This document shows, piece after piece, positions 9,985-21,574 of a stretch of DNA of 39,530 nucleotides. The stretch spans positions 224,302 to 263,831 of the forward strand of contig CAYVRJ010000003.1 in assembly GCA_964453645.1 (NCBI GenBank), read 5' to 3'. The translations under genes were made by a program, and so were the position numbers. Positions within the stretch are counted from its first letter, which is position 1. Every line of letters begins with the position of its first letter. The notes under the pieces were generated by a model. It ran no database searches. It was not told where the DNA came from and saw only the letters and a program-made list of their open reading frames with translations. This DNA is from an uncultured Clostridia bacterium. Lineage in GTDB: Bacteria > Bacillota > Clostridia > Christensenellales > JAWKQI01.

Positions 9985-11202
9985 TTAACTTTTCCTGCCC
10001 GACAACAGTTCCTCTTCCTTTTCCACTTCAATACACGCTTGAAAAGCAGCCAATACATTGGGATCGAATTTGCTGGACCACATCTTAGTGATGGTGGAGA
10101 TGGCACCTTTGACTGTATACTGTATTCGATATTGCACGTTTGAAATGAGTGCGTCGTACACATCGGCAACGGCGAGTATGCGGGAACACAGGGGAATACT
10201 TTCCCCCCGCAAACCGTTGGGATAACCGGAGCCATCGTAGCGCTCGTGGTGAGAGGCCGCAAGTTCTACAGCCATTTTCAACATGGAGTTGTCGGGGAAC
10301 TTCTCCCGAGCACGCCACAGGATAGAGGAGCCCACATGGGTATGGTTTTGCATCTCTTCTCTGTCGCTGGGGCTATATTTTTGCATGGAATTAATCAAAT
10401 TTTTCGGCAGACCCGCCATGCCGCAGTCGTAGAGTGCCGAAGCAAAAATAATATCGTTTAAAAACTCCGAAGTGATAATGCCGCTGTACTTTGGCTGCCT
10501 GGCCAGATAGGTGGTCATTTTGCCGCAAAGGGATTGTACCCGCTGAATTGATCGGTTGAGTTGACTGGAGTTTATCTCAACAAAGCCGGTTACAATTTCA
10601 ATAACAGCCATTTGTGCGTTGAAATTATTTTTATGCAGGTTGATCAACTGCTCCTGTGCTTCTAACGTTCTCTTGTATTCTCGCTCCAGCTCTGCCTTGA
10701 GGTAGGCGTTGTATTTGTTGGTATAGCGCTGTATTCTGGAAATCTTTAAATGGGTTTCCACCCTTGCCCGCACTTCTTCAAATGCAAAGGGTTTTGTAAT
10801 ATAGTCCACGCCCCCCGATTTATAAGCTTCAATTTTGCTCTCAATATCGCTAAGGGCAGTGACAAATATAATGGGTACGTCTTTTAAAACGTGAGAAGCT
10901 TTCATGGCCCTGGCAACTTCAAAGCCATTCATGTCGGGCATACTCACGTCTAGCAGCACGATGTCTGGCGGATAGATTTCCATACTTTGCAGTGCTTCTC
11001 TGCCCGACAAAAAGGCAAAGGAATGAAACCCAGCATCCTTGAGCATGGCACTGAGAATTTTCACATTTTCTAAAACGTCATCAATTACAGCTACCGAACA
11101 ATCTGAAAGCTTTTCAATGGCAACGTATTCTTTAGACATTTCTTCAGGTATTTCGGCAATTGTTTCCCCGTGTACCTCGATGGTTTCCCTCACATTTTCC
11201 AT
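9985..11202 (-). CDS. response regulator, REC plus HD-GYP domain, with a degenerate HD-GYP (YD replaces HD; first His absent)
   Basis: 405 aa. REC motifs DD..D..MP..NG and phosphoacceptor-Asp context LLDVSMPDMNG. HHERYDGSGYP is present, but the HD motif reads ALYDCGM and the upstream GxH..RV motif lacks its His. RBS AGGAG. Confidence 0.85.
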   Translation of the reverse strand: MENVRETIEVHGETIAEIPEEMSKEYVAIEKLSDCSVAVIDDVLENVKILSAMLKDAGFHSFAFLSGREALQSMEIYPPDIVLLDVSMPDMNGFEVARAMKASHVLKDVPIIFVTALSDIESKIEAYKSGGVDYITKPFAFEEVRARVETHLKISRIQRYTNKYNAYLKAELEREYKRTLEAQEQLINLHKNNFNAQMAVIEIVTGFVEINSSQLNRSIQRVQSLCGKMTTYLARQPKYSGIITSEFLNDIIFASALYDCGMAGLPKNLINSMQKYSPSDREEMQNHTHVGSSILWRAREKFPDNSMLKMAVELAASHHERYDGSGYPNGLRGESIPLCSRILAVADVYDALISNVQYRIQYTVKGAISTITKMWSSKFDPNVLAAFQACIEVEKEEELLSGRKS

Positions 11203-11211
11203 GCAGTTCTC

Positions 11212-14200
11212 CTATTTGCACATTTCAATTAAATTTAAAATTGATTTCTTATCAAAGTTGTCGGCGTACTCGGCGAGTACAGTGGAGAGAGAAGGATTGT
11301 CATCTTTCATTTTATGGGCAATCTCTGCAACGGTATCAAAATCCCCTCTAAATACTGCGGTCTCTAACGCTTGTTTCATAGTGTCGGTAATATTCTCAAA
11401 GTGTAGGTGGCTCAAGTCCTCAGATTCCTTTTGCTCCTCTTCCTCAAATTCATATTCCACAGGTAGCAACTCTTCGATGGTTTGCATGAGCTTATCGGCA
11501 ATAATTGGTTTGGTGATAAAGTGATCCACCCCTGCATCCATGGCCTCCTGTTTGTCTTTGTCAAGGGCGTTGGCTGTAACGGCAATGATGGGGGTGTGTG
11601 TGCCCTGCTCCAACTGCCGAATGCGCTTGGTGGCCTCGATTCCGTTCATTTCAGGCATGAGCATATCCATAGTGATGAGGTCGGGAGCATGTTTTTTCCA
11701 CAGTTCCAGCACCTGTAGGCCGGTTTCTGCATCCATAACTTTGAAGCCCACGTTAGACAAAAATTCTTTTAAAACTTCGCCGCTGTCGGCCCTGTCATCT
11801 GCAACGAGAATGGTATACTCTTTGTTGATCTTTTTAATTCTAGAATAATTCTTCATATTACAATCGGTATCGTACACGTCGTGGCAGATTTTTAACACAA
11901 AATCAATGCGGAAGGTGGTGCCCACTCCTACGGCCGATTCAAGGATGCTCACATCGCCCTCCATCAACCGGGCAAAGTTTCGGCTGATAGACATACCCAG
12001 CCCTGTGCCGCCCCCTGTCTTTGCACCCGATTCCGTTTGCTCAAAGGCAGAGAATACTCGATCCTGCTCCGATTCTTTAATGCCGCTGCCCGTGTCTTTC
12101 ACATCGATGATGATTTTTACAAAATCGTTGGGGCGAACCTCCTTGGCAACTTTAATAGAAATGCTGCCCTGGCTGGTGAACTTAATGGCGTTGCTGATCA
12201 CATTAAAGATAATTTGACGGATCTTACCCGCATCTCCCATGACATTCCGTGGGATGTCTAAGGGGATGTTGCGATAAAACCGAAGGCCCTTGTCGTCCAT
12301 TTGGGTTTTAAACATATCCACCAAATCGTCAAATAAATTGAGCAGGTTAAAGGGGGATTCGGTGAGAGAAATCTTACCCGCTTCAATTTTAGACAACTCT
12401 AATATGTCGTTGATTAGGGTGAGCAAGTGGCTTCCGCTGCGCCGAATGGTGTTGACATAATTCATCTCTCGGTCGCCCAAGTTTTTACTCAGTTGAAGAA
12501 GCTGAGAATACCCCATAATCGCATTCATGGGCGTTCGAATCTCGTGGCTCATGTTGGCGATAAACGTACTCTTGGCGCTGTTGGCACTGTCTGCCTCTTT
12601 TTTGAGATTGACAATTTCAGTTTCGTCGATGCAAATTTCAATAATTCCTGTGATCTCACCGTCATCGTTGATGAGGGGATTCCGATAGACCTTGCAGTAG
12701 CAGGTCTTGGAATGAATCTCTTTGGTGTAATTGATCACTTTAATGATTTTGTCCCCAGTATTTAACGGGCAATCCTCACACGGCTCATTGTTGTCGAAGA
12801 AGTCGTAACAAAACAATCCTTCACCAAAATTAAATCCAGATTGGGAACTGGCGCTGTTGTAAAACTGTGTCTTGTGGTCGCTGCCAATGATGCGGATGGG
12901 GATGGGGATGGCTTGGAAATATTTTAAAATCGCTTCAAAAGCTTTATTTGCCGTTTGCGTCAGCTCGGCAAACTTACCCGTGGCAGCTTGGCAGTCCACA
13001 GTGGAATAGAAATTACCCTTGGCAAAGTGTCTTGTGGTGTCGTTTAGTTGGGTGATAATGCTTTCAATGATGCTCACCGTATTGGTAAACGCTTTATTGG
13101 CATCCACCTGCTGGTCGTAAATGGCTTGCAGATAGGGGGCAGAAGGCCTGCGGCCAATTTCAATCACTGCATTTTTCAAATCCCCCTTGGCCAACCGGGA
13201 GAGTGCTTCTAAGTCCATCAAAGTAAGGTGTTCAAAATAGGCAAAGATTTGTTCCTGTTCGTGAATCTTTTCCATAAGGCTGGTCTGATCCACAAACACC
13301 TGCAAAAACACCTTTCGCTCTTCCGTCTTTTCAAAGGCAAAACTCTGGGTGGTAAAGACAGCATAAGTGCCCATGGTGTACAAGCTTGCGGTCCGCATGG
13401 TATCACTTTGCTTGCAGCGGTTGATTTCGCCCATGAGCTTTTTCTTTCCACCAATGGAGAGGTCGTTTAGGCTGAGGCCATCTTCGATCTGCTCTTTAGT
13501 GACGTTGAGTTTGTTGCGCAGAGGCCTGTTTAAGTAAATAACGTTGTAGTCGCTGTCGATAAGGGCAACGCCCACGGGCAGAATATCGAACACCCCTGTC
13601 AGGCTTTCCAACATGGCGTTGAGGGAGGATATAATCTCCTTGGTGTCCATGTCCGATTCCATCAGGCGCATAAAGATATAACCCTGGCTGATGCTGTATG
13701 CAGTTGTCTTAATTTCATTGAGCAGCAAGTTGTTGTGTTCGATCAGCTCAACAATTCTGTTACCCGCCTTGGTAATTTCGTGGTTGCCGGTGAGCATCTT
13801 GTAGGGTTTACCCTGATAAATGCTGTTCACCAAAGCCCCTAAGTCGTGGATGGGTTGGGTGGCTCTATATGCCAGAGCAGCCACAATGAGCAGCACGAGA
13901 ACGGATATGAGGATATATTCAATCAATCCAATATTTAAATAGTTACTCACGAAGGCAGTGAAAACAGCGCTGTCCTCCATAAACGAGCAGAAATACCACC
14001 CGTCGTAGGGTAGGGATGCAATGAATTTTTTGCCGTTTGCTTGGGGCATGGTTAAAATGCCGTTGTCACTCCCCTCCAAGAAGTTCAAGGGCAGGTCTTC
14101 GCAAACCAATAAACCACTCACTTCCCGGTGCTCAAGATAACTGGTGATGACAAAGTTGCTGTCGTACTCAGGGGTGATGATGGAGTGGTAAGAGATCAAC

Positions 14201-14811
14201 TCGTTGGTATCGGACGAGTTCGACTCCCACAGCATTTCCACGATATTTAAATTGGTACCCACAAGGCCGTATAGTGTGTCGTCTTTAAATATAGGCACGA
14301 TAAACTGAAAGATGACTGCGCCCGAGCTGTTGGTGAACTTGATCATAATGGGTGATTTTAAATTTGCTTGCAAGTTGTTGATGGCAGCAATGTCCCAATC
14401 GGATAGAGAAACGCTCCTAGCAGCACTGCCGTTTCGCAGTTCATAGTTTCCCGCAATGTTAAAGATCCACAACTCGGAATTGTATTCTTCAAGCTTGTGA
14501 TACGCATTGTTAAAGGTTTTTGTAATGAGGTCGTAGTTGTCGTGGCTGTTAAACGCATCTGCTGTGGAACAGTCAATCAGCATATCCGCCAATAGAATGT
14601 TAGAGGCAAGGTTTTCCGCAACATTTTCGTGGGACTGCATCTTCATATACAGCTCGTCGGACAAGAACCTGTTTTCAATGAGGGACAGGCGCTCCACGCT
14701 GGATATAAAGAAAACTTGAAACAACAGTGAAAACACCACATAAAGGGCAATGAGTATCACTGCAAAAGTGGCAATAATATTAAATACAAATTTTTTGCGA
14801 AGTGATTTCAT
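11212..14811 (-). CDS. hybrid sensor histidine kinase (TM, extracytoplasmic sensor domain of about 255 aa, TM, PAS, HisKA, HATPase_c, REC, C-terminal possible degenerate HPt)
   Basis: 1199 aa. H-box SHEIRTPMNAIMGY. G-boxes DTGSGI and GGTGLGMSI. REC segment LVADDRADSGEVL...DMLMPEMNG. The C-terminal AHKMKDDNPSLS partly resembles an HPt motif. Confidence 0.9.
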   Translation of the reverse strand: MKSLRKKFVFNIIATFAVILIALYVVFSLLFQVFFISSVERLSLIENRFLSDELYMKMQSHENVAENLASNILLADMLIDCSTADAFNSHDNYDLITKTFNNAYHKLEEYNSELWIFNIAGNYELRNGSAARSVSLSDWDIAAINNLQANLKSPIMIKFTNSSGAVIFQFIVPIFKDDTLYGLVGTNLNIVEMLWESNSSDTNELISYHSIITPEYDSNFVITSYLEHREVSGLLVCEDLPLNFLEGSDNGILTMPQANGKKFIASLPYDGWYFCSFMEDSAVFTAFVSNYLNIGLIEYILISVLVLLIVAALAYRATQPIHDLGALVNSIYQGKPYKMLTGNHEITKAGNRIVELIEHNNLLLNEIKTTAYSISQGYIFMRLMESDMDTKEIISSLNAMLESLTGVFDILPVGVALIDSDYNVIYLNRPLRNKLNVTKEQIEDGLSLNDLSIGGKKKLMGEINRCKQSDTMRTASLYTMGTYAVFTTQSFAFEKTEERKVFLQVFVDQTSLMEKIHEQEQIFAYFEHLTLMDLEALSRLAKGDLKNAVIEIGRRPSAPYLQAIYDQQVDANKAFTNTVSIIESIITQLNDTTRHFAKGNFYSTVDCQAATGKFAELTQTANKAFEAILKYFQAIPIPIRIIGSDHKTQFYNSASSQSGFNFGEGLFCYDFFDNNEPCEDCPLNTGDKIIKVINYTKEIHSKTCYCKVYRNPLINDDGEITGIIEICIDETEIVNLKKEADSANSAKSTFIANMSHEIRTPMNAIMGYSQLLQLSKNLGDREMNYVNTIRRSGSHLLTLINDILELSKIEAGKISLTESPFNLLNLFDDLVDMFKTQMDDKGLRFYRNIPLDIPRNVMGDAGKIRQIIFNVISNAIKFTSQGSISIKVAKEVRPNDFVKIIIDVKDTGSGIKESEQDRVFSAFEQTESGAKTGGGTGLGMSISRNFARLMEGDVSILESAVGVGTTFRIDFVLKICHDVYDTDCNMKNYSRIKKINKEYTILVADDRADSGEVLKEFLSNVGFKVMDAETGLQVLELWKKHAPDLITMDMLMPEMNGIEATKRIRQLEQGTHTPIIAVTANALDKDKQEAMDAGVDHFITKPIIADKLMQTIEELLPVEYEFEEEEQKESEDLSHLHFENITDTMKQALETAVFRGDFDTVAEIAHKMKDDNPSLSTVLAEYADNFDKKSILNLIEMCK

Positions 14812-14817
14812 ACAATC

Positions 14818-15924
14818 TCACGCATCCATAAATTCGTTGAAAATCTCATCGAACTCATTGCGGCAATCAAAAAAAGCTGCAACGACTTCAGGTGAAAAGT
14901 GTTTGCCGTTTCCTTCTAAAATAATGTCCTCCACCTGTTTTTGTGTCATGGGTTGTTTATATGGGCGTTTGCTGCGCAAAGCGTCGTATACATCGGCCAA
15001 GGCCATAATGCGGGCACTCAAAGGGATTTGTTCGCCCTTTAACTTGTGCGGATACCCTGAGCCGTCATACCGCTCGTGGTGGCACAAAATAATATCGTAG
15101 GCGATTTCACCAAACGCAACATCTTGCATTTCTTTTTTAACTTCCAAAAAGGTATTTGCACCAATGGTGGTGTGCGTTTTCATGATTTCAAACTCTTCAT
15201 TACTCAGCTTGCTGGGTTTTAGCAGTATTCTATCTTCAATTCCCACTTTTCCGATATCGTGCAGGGGGGCAACCAATTTTATAATATTTGAAAATTCCGA
15301 ACCCACCTCTGAGTAGTCGTTATTTTTAATCACATTTTTTGCCAAAGTTTCGCAAAACTGTCCCACTCGCTCCAAATGTAATCCCGTATCCGTATCCCGG
15401 CACTCCGCCAGCTTTGCCAGTGCAATGATGGTTGCGTTTTGGGCGTGTACCAATTTTGAGTTGGTTTGATCGATTTCTCTTAACTGGTCTTCCACCCGTT
15501 TTTCAAGGGAAGCGTTGAGATCGGTGATTTCGCTCTGAAGTTTGCTGATTTTTAAATGAATGGCAATGCGTTCCTTCACCTCTTCAAACTCAAAGGGTTT
15601 GGTAATATAATCTACACCGCCGTTTTCAAAGGCCTTGACTTTATCGCCCACATCACTCAAAGCACTGATAAAAATGATGGGGATGGGTTCATATTTTTTT
15701 TCTGCCTTAATCATTCGGCAGGCTTCGTAGCCGCTGAGATCGGGCATGGTGACGTCCATTAAGATGATGTTGGGCAAAAAGCATTTTAAAGATTCTATGG
15801 CATCGATTGCACTGCGGAACATGGAAACGTTATAACCAATTCTTTGGAGAATTTCCTTTAATAACCGCAAATTTGCAGGGTTGTCGTCCACAACCATGAC
15901 TTTGTTGTACTCGTGACTTGTCAT
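14818..15924 (-). CDS. response regulator, REC plus HD-GYP (intact metal-binding motifs)
   Basis: GLHLERV, LHDIGK, KTHTTIG, HHERYDGSGYP and ADVYDAL are all present. The start at 15924 (MTSHEY...) lies 7 nt after an AGGAGG. Only 7 bp separate this gene from the downstream kinase gene, consistent with an operon. Confidence 0.85.
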   Translation of the reverse strand: MTSHEYNKVMVVDDNPANLRLLKEILQRIGYNVSMFRSAIDAIESLKCFLPNIILMDVTMPDLSGYEACRMIKAEKKYEPIPIIFISALSDVGDKVKAFENGGVDYITKPFEFEEVKERIAIHLKISKLQSEITDLNASLEKRVEDQLREIDQTNSKLVHAQNATIIALAKLAECRDTDTGLHLERVGQFCETLAKNVIKNNDYSEVGSEFSNIIKLVAPLHDIGKVGIEDRILLKPSKLSNEEFEIMKTHTTIGANTFLEVKKEMQDVAFGEIAYDIILCHHERYDGSGYPHKLKGEQIPLSARIMALADVYDALRSKRPYKQPMTQKQVEDIILEGNGKHFSPEVVAAFFDCRNEFDEIFNEFMDA

Positions 15925-16159
15925 GTCGTTGCCTCCTATTCGTCTCATGTAAACATCACTTTTTTATACAACTATGAAAATATATATTTGAAGAGTCAAC
16001 ACAATTATATTATACAACATTCGACCCTGAAATCAAGGACAAATTGTGCAGGGTGTTATTCTTTTGCAAGACAGAGGGAAGCAGGATATGACATTTGGTT
16101 GTTTGTTTTGCAGCAGACATATGATATACTACATATTATTTGCGTATTTGGAGGAAGAG

Positions 16160-16375
16160 ATGGCAGAAAAAAAAGAAGTGGTCATACCCGATGAGCTGCT
16201 CCGGGTGATGGAGGGCAGCAGTGAGGCGAAAGAGTTTTTTGAAAGCCTGACAGACGGTTATAAGCGGGGGTATTGCGATTGGGTTGGGGGTGCCAAGGGG
16301 GAGGCCACGCGGCAGACCAGAGCAGAAAAAGCTTTACTCATGCTGTTACGCAAACAAAAAACGCTAAAAACATAG
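16160..16375 (+). CDS. small YdeI/OmdA-domain protein
   Basis: 72 aa, MAEKKEVVIPDELLRVMEGSSEAKEFFESLTDGYKRGYCDWVGGAK.... GGAGGAAGAG RBS directly upstream of the ATG. The longer 16046 ORF in the track is probably an N-terminal over-extension. Confidence 0.5.
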   Translation: MAEKKEVVIPDELLRVMEGSSEAKEFFESLTDGYKRGYCDWVGGAKGEATRQTRAEKALLMLLRKQKTLKT

Positions 16376-16454
16376 GGGTGCTTCAAATAAAATAAACTAT
16401 TTCGGGCATACTGAGTGTGATATCTAATGGAATACAAACGGATACAGGTGGGGT

Positions 16455-16826
16455 ATGGAAGTTTTTGCGGAATATCTTAATAAAATCGATCACCCGGAAC
16501 ACAGGAATCGGGTGGAAGAAATTTTTAAGTTTATCATGGAGACATTTCCCCAGTTGGTGCCCAGAATTGCTTGGAATCAACCCATGTTTACCCACCACGA
16601 CACGTTTATCATTGGCTTTAGCACAGCAAAAAAGCATTTGGCTGTTTCACCAGAAGTGGCAGGAATTGTTCACTTTTCTTCGGAGATTCAAGATGCAGGT
16701 TATGATTGTGCAAAGAATTTATTCCGCATCACATGGGAAGCCCCCGTGGACTATTCGTTGCTCAAACAAATGATTCAGTTTAACATTACTGAAAAGCAAG
16801 ACTGCACAACTTTTTGGCGAAAATAA
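16455..16826 (+). CDS. DUF1801 domain protein (YdhG-like)
   Basis: 123 aa. Typical DUF1801 layout with KHLAV. RBS AGGTGGGG. Confidence 0.65.
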   Translation: MEVFAEYLNKIDHPEHRNRVEEIFKFIMETFPQLVPRIAWNQPMFTHHDTFIIGFSTAKKHLAVSPEVAGIVHFSSEIQDAGYDCAKNLFRITWEAPVDYSLLKQMIQFNITEKQDCTTFWRK

Positions 16827-16833
16827 ACAACCG

Positions 16834-17425
16834 TCACTGGTACACACCAGTTAATGATCCATATTGTAAAACATGCCCATCAATACTTTGAAGCAATTCT
16901 TTTTTATCTGCATTTGCCGATAGATCCAACATCGTATCTAACACATACACATGAAAGCGATAGCGGTGGGAAGTGCCCCGGGGCGGCCTTGGCCCGCCGT
17001 AGCAGTGCCTGCCAAAGGCGATTCCCTGCACAGCTCCGCCAAAGGAATCCAAGCGTTCACCCTTGGGAATACCTTCGGGGATGACATTTTGTACGGGAAT
17101 GTTCCAAATGACCCAGTGGCTAAAACCGCCCAATACTGGCGGGAAGTCAAGGTCTTCCATGACAATAGCCATAGATTTTGCCATAGGTGAAAGCTCCGAA
17201 ACGTGCAGCTCAGGTGAGATATCCTCGCCACGCCGTGTATATTGAACGGGAATGTTGCCGTTTTCCAAAAAAGCAGGGCTGGTGACCACAATAGGTGTTG
17301 CTTTAGATACATCAATTTTATAGCCGTCACGGTAGCTTAGAAGAATCACAACCAGCACCGCAACAATGGCAATCGCAACCCACATGAGAATCCTCCATAC
17401 TTTCTTTTGTTTTTGTTTTTCAGTC
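16834..17425 (-). CDS. YbhB/YbcL (PEBP/Raf-kinase-inhibitor-like) family protein with an N-terminal TM anchor
   Basis: SHRYRFHVYVLD PEBP signature. The start at 17425 (MTEKQKQ) has a GGAGGAG RBS. The longer track ORF is an over-extension. Confidence 0.75.
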
Positions 17426-17458
17426 ATAAGCTCCTCCTGGGTAAAAAGTGTTGTTTCA

Positions 17459-18085
17459 TCAATTAGAGGGCAAGTCAATTTTTGGAATAGACGGATCAGC
17501 ACCCAGCAAATTTGCTATAAACGGGGACAATGTTTGGAGCATAGAAATTGCGTTCTTATTATGTGTTTCAGCAAGACTTTGTTTTCGGATCATGCCGTAT
17601 ATGCCATAAATCACAAATGTTGCAGTTGTTTCAGAATCGTCAAAGGAGAGTAGGCCAGCTTCTCTGCCTTCTTCGATGAATGTTTGCACAATGGGTATGG
17701 ATTCGTTTAAAATTATCAAGGACAAATGCCTAAAAACACCCATGTCGAGATCAGTTCGCTGATAACCGCATACCCGATCTCTGCCGTTTAAAAATTCAAT
17801 GTAGAGTTGTATCACATCCAAGTATCTTTGGCGAAAGGGAACGGATGTGTTGTGCAAAACCCCATGGATGGCACCTAAAAAAGTATGGGCATATTTGCCC
17901 ATGGCTTCTTTGAAAATGGCTTCTTTGGATTCAAAATGGTGATAAAACATACCGAAGGAGCCGTTTGCTTGAGAATAAATCTCCTTGACCGATGTTCCCT
18001 CAAAACCTTGCTTTAAAAACAGTTTGAGTGCAATGTCTAACAATTCTTCTTTTCGATCAGCGGGCTTTTTCACTACTCGTTTCAT
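17459..18085 (-). CDS. TetR/AcrR-family transcriptional regulator
   Basis: HTH region LLDIALKLFLKQGFEGTSVKEIYSQANGSFGMFYHHFESKEAIF. The start at 18085 (MKRVVKK) has a GAAGGAA RBS. The upstream in-frame ATG at 18124 would overlap the operator palindromes. Confidence 0.8.
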   Translation of the reverse strand: MKRVVKKPADRKEELLDIALKLFLKQGFEGTSVKEIYSQANGSFGMFYHHFESKEAIFKEAMGKYAHTFLGAIHGVLHNTSVPFRQRYLDVIQLYIEFLNGRDRVCGYQRTDLDMGVFRHLSLIILNESIPIVQTFIEEGREAGLLSFDDSETTATFVIYGIYGMIRKQSLAETHNKNAISMLQTLSPFIANLLGADPSIPKIDLPSN

Positions 18086-18094
18086 AATACATTC

Positions 18095-18149
18095 CTTCAC
18101 AGAGTCTCGCTCTGTGAAGAGCATACCATACAGAGCGTTGCTCTGTCAA
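18095..18149 (-). promoter_or_regulatory. TetR-PEBP promoter (TTGACA, 18 nt, TATGCT on the minus strand) carrying two ACAGAG-N5-CTCTGT operator palindromes
   Basis: Palindrome 1, CTTCACAGAGtctcgCTCTGTGAAG (18095-18119), lies at the predicted transcription start. Palindrome 2, ACAGAGcgttgCTCTGT (18130-18146), lies in the spacer between -35 and -10. Their centres are 31 bp apart. Confidence 0.5.
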
Positions 18150-18271
18150 GCGGGAGGGGAATTCAAGAAGAAAAAGAACTACATAGGGAATAAATGTAAC
18201 AATTCATTGGTGTATCATATAATATATACATACTGGTATAAAGATTTTAGATATTTTGAAAATCTGTCTAA

Positions 18272-19540
<1,269 letters not shown>

Positions 19541-19648
19541 GGAGTAGGTATTAAATATTAAAAAATATGCAAAATCAAATTGAATATAGAAAGGAAAGTT
19601 CTGGGCATACTATCGAAATAAACCAATAAAAAGGTGGTAATGCCGGTG

Positions 19649-21574
19649 ATGAATCGTACAAAAACACCCAATCAGTTAATTGATGAGTCTTCCCCTTACC
19701 TGTTGCAGCACGCATATAATCCCGTGAACTGGTATCCGTGGGGGGAAGATGCTTTTCATAAAGCAAAAGAAGAGGAAAAACCAATTTTTTTAAGTATTGG
19801 ATATTCCACCTGTCACTGGTGTCATGTGATGGAGCACGAATCCTTTGAAGATTACGAAGTGGCAAAACTGTTAAACGAAAACTTTGTCTCTATTAAAGTG
19901 GATAAAGAGGAACGTCCGGATATAGACAGCGTATACATGCGGGTGTGCCAAGCCCTCACGGGCAGCGGGGGATGGCCCACAAGCATCTTTATGACCCCAG
20001 AACAAAAGCCTTTTTTTGCTGGAACTTATTTTCCCAAAGAGACATTTCTCACCATATTGGATCAAATTACAGCCAAGTGGAGAGCGAGCAGAGCGGATAT
20101 AACCCAAAGTGGTGAGGAAATTGTCAGTTATTTAAAAAATGCTAGCGATGGAAATACGCCCTCTGCCGACTACGCAAAGGAGGCGTATTTGGCCTATTCA
20201 GCAGTGTACGACGAATCCTACGGTGGTTTTGGAGGTGCACCTAAATTTCCATGTCCCCACAACCTCATGTTTTTAATGGATTATTATTCGTTTACAGACG
20301 AGCGGAATGCACTGGAGATGGCTAAGAAAACCCTTTTACAAATGTACAAAGGGGGAATTTTCGACCACATCGGCTATGGATTTTCCAGATACTCCACCGA
20401 TCGACAGTGGCTTGCCCCTCACTTTGAAAAAATGCTGTACGACAATGCGTTGCTTGTCATGGCATATTTGCGTGCATTCGAGATCACGGGGGACGATCTT
20501 TTTAGAGAAATTGCGCAAAAGGCCATAGAGTATGAACTCCGGGAGATGGAGCATGAAGGCGGTGGGTTTTATGCCGCACAAGATGCAGACAGCGAGGGCG
20601 TGGAGGGCAAGTATTACGTATTTACCCCAAAAGAAATTGATAAAATTTTAGGTGAGCAAGATGCAAAAGCCTTTTGCGATTATTTTGATATTACAAAACA
20701 GGGAAACTTTGAGGGTAAGAATATCCCCAACTTGATTAAACAAAAGGAATTTTCAAAGGAATACGAACAACATATCAAGGCAGTATACGAATATCGGAAA
20801 AACCGAACGAAACTTCACACAGATAAAAAGATTCTCACAGCGTGGAACAGTTTGATGATCTGTGCCTTGGCGGATGCCCACAGAATACTTGGCGTTGTTA
20901 AATATTTAGAAGTGGCCAAAGGCACTGTAGAGTTTATTGAAAACAACTTGGTGAAGGGTAAGAAACTCATGGTGAGCTGGACGGAGGGTAAAGCCAGCGT
21001 TCCCGGTTTTTTGGATGATTACGCCTTCTACATCATGGCACAACTCTCCATGTATCACGCAACGTATGATGAAACATACTTGCAAAGGGCTCAGGAACTG
21101 ATGAAAGAGACTGTATCTGAGTTCTGGGATGCGGAGGAGGGTGGATTCTTCATTTACGGACAATCCAACGAACAATTGATCATGAAACCCAAGGAGACCT
21201 ACGATGGTGCCATTCCCTCGGGTAATTCGGCCATGTACTATAACGTATCCAGATTATACAAACTCACCAAAGATGAAGAGTATCACAAGTTACTTATTCG
21301 GCAGCAGCAGTTTATGCAGAGCAGGTTTGAGCATTCCCTGGGTAATAGCTTTTATTTGATGGCATCGTTACCCACGAAAGATATTGTTTGTGTCGCTAAG
21401 GATCTATCCGATGTGCCAAAACCTAAGTCCAATTGGGTGGTGCGGGTGTATACCCAACCTACAAAAGAGTATTCCATGATCAACGACAAGACGACATATT
21501 ATGTCTGTGAGCGCAACGCTTGTCTCCCACCCTCTAACGAAATAAATGATGACAAAAAAGGAGGGGAATCATGA
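19649..21574 (+). CDS. thioredoxin-domain protein, YyaL/DUF255 family (thioredoxin-like N-terminus plus six-hairpin glycosidase-like C-terminus)
   Basis: [23 protein letters not shown]...[14 protein letters not shown]255 signature. The ATG at 19649 lies 11 nt after AAGGTGG. Confidence 0.8.
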   Translation: MNRTKTPNQLIDESSPYLLQHAYNPVNWYPWGEDAFHKAKEEEKPIFLSIGYSTCHWCHVMEHESFEDYEVAKLLNENFVSIKVDKEERPDIDSVYMRVCQALTGSGGWPTSIFMTPEQKPFFAGTYFPKETFLTILDQITAKWRASRADITQSGEEIVSYLKNASDGNTPSADYAKEAYLAYSAVYDESYGGFGGAPKFPCPHNLMFLMDYYSFTDERNALEMAKKTLLQMYKGGIFDHIGYGFSRYSTDRQWLAPHFEKMLYDNALLVMAYLRAFEITGDDLFREIAQKAIEYELREMEHEGGGFYAAQDADSEGVEGKYYVFTPKEIDKILGEQDAKAFCDYFDITKQGNFEGKNIPNLIKQKEFSKEYEQHIKAVYEYRKNRTKLHTDKKILTAWNSLMICALADAHRILGVVKYLEVAKGTVEFIENNLVKGKKLMVSWTEGKASVPGFLDDYAFYIMAQLSMYHATYDETYLQRAQELMKETVSEFWDAEEGGFFIYGQSNEQLIMKPKETYDGAIPSGNSAMYYNVSRLYKLTKDEEYHKLLIRQQQFMQSRFEHSLGNSFYLMASLPTKDIVCVAKDLSDVPKPKSNWVVRVYTQPTKEYSMINDKTTYYVCERNACLPPSNEINDDKKGGES

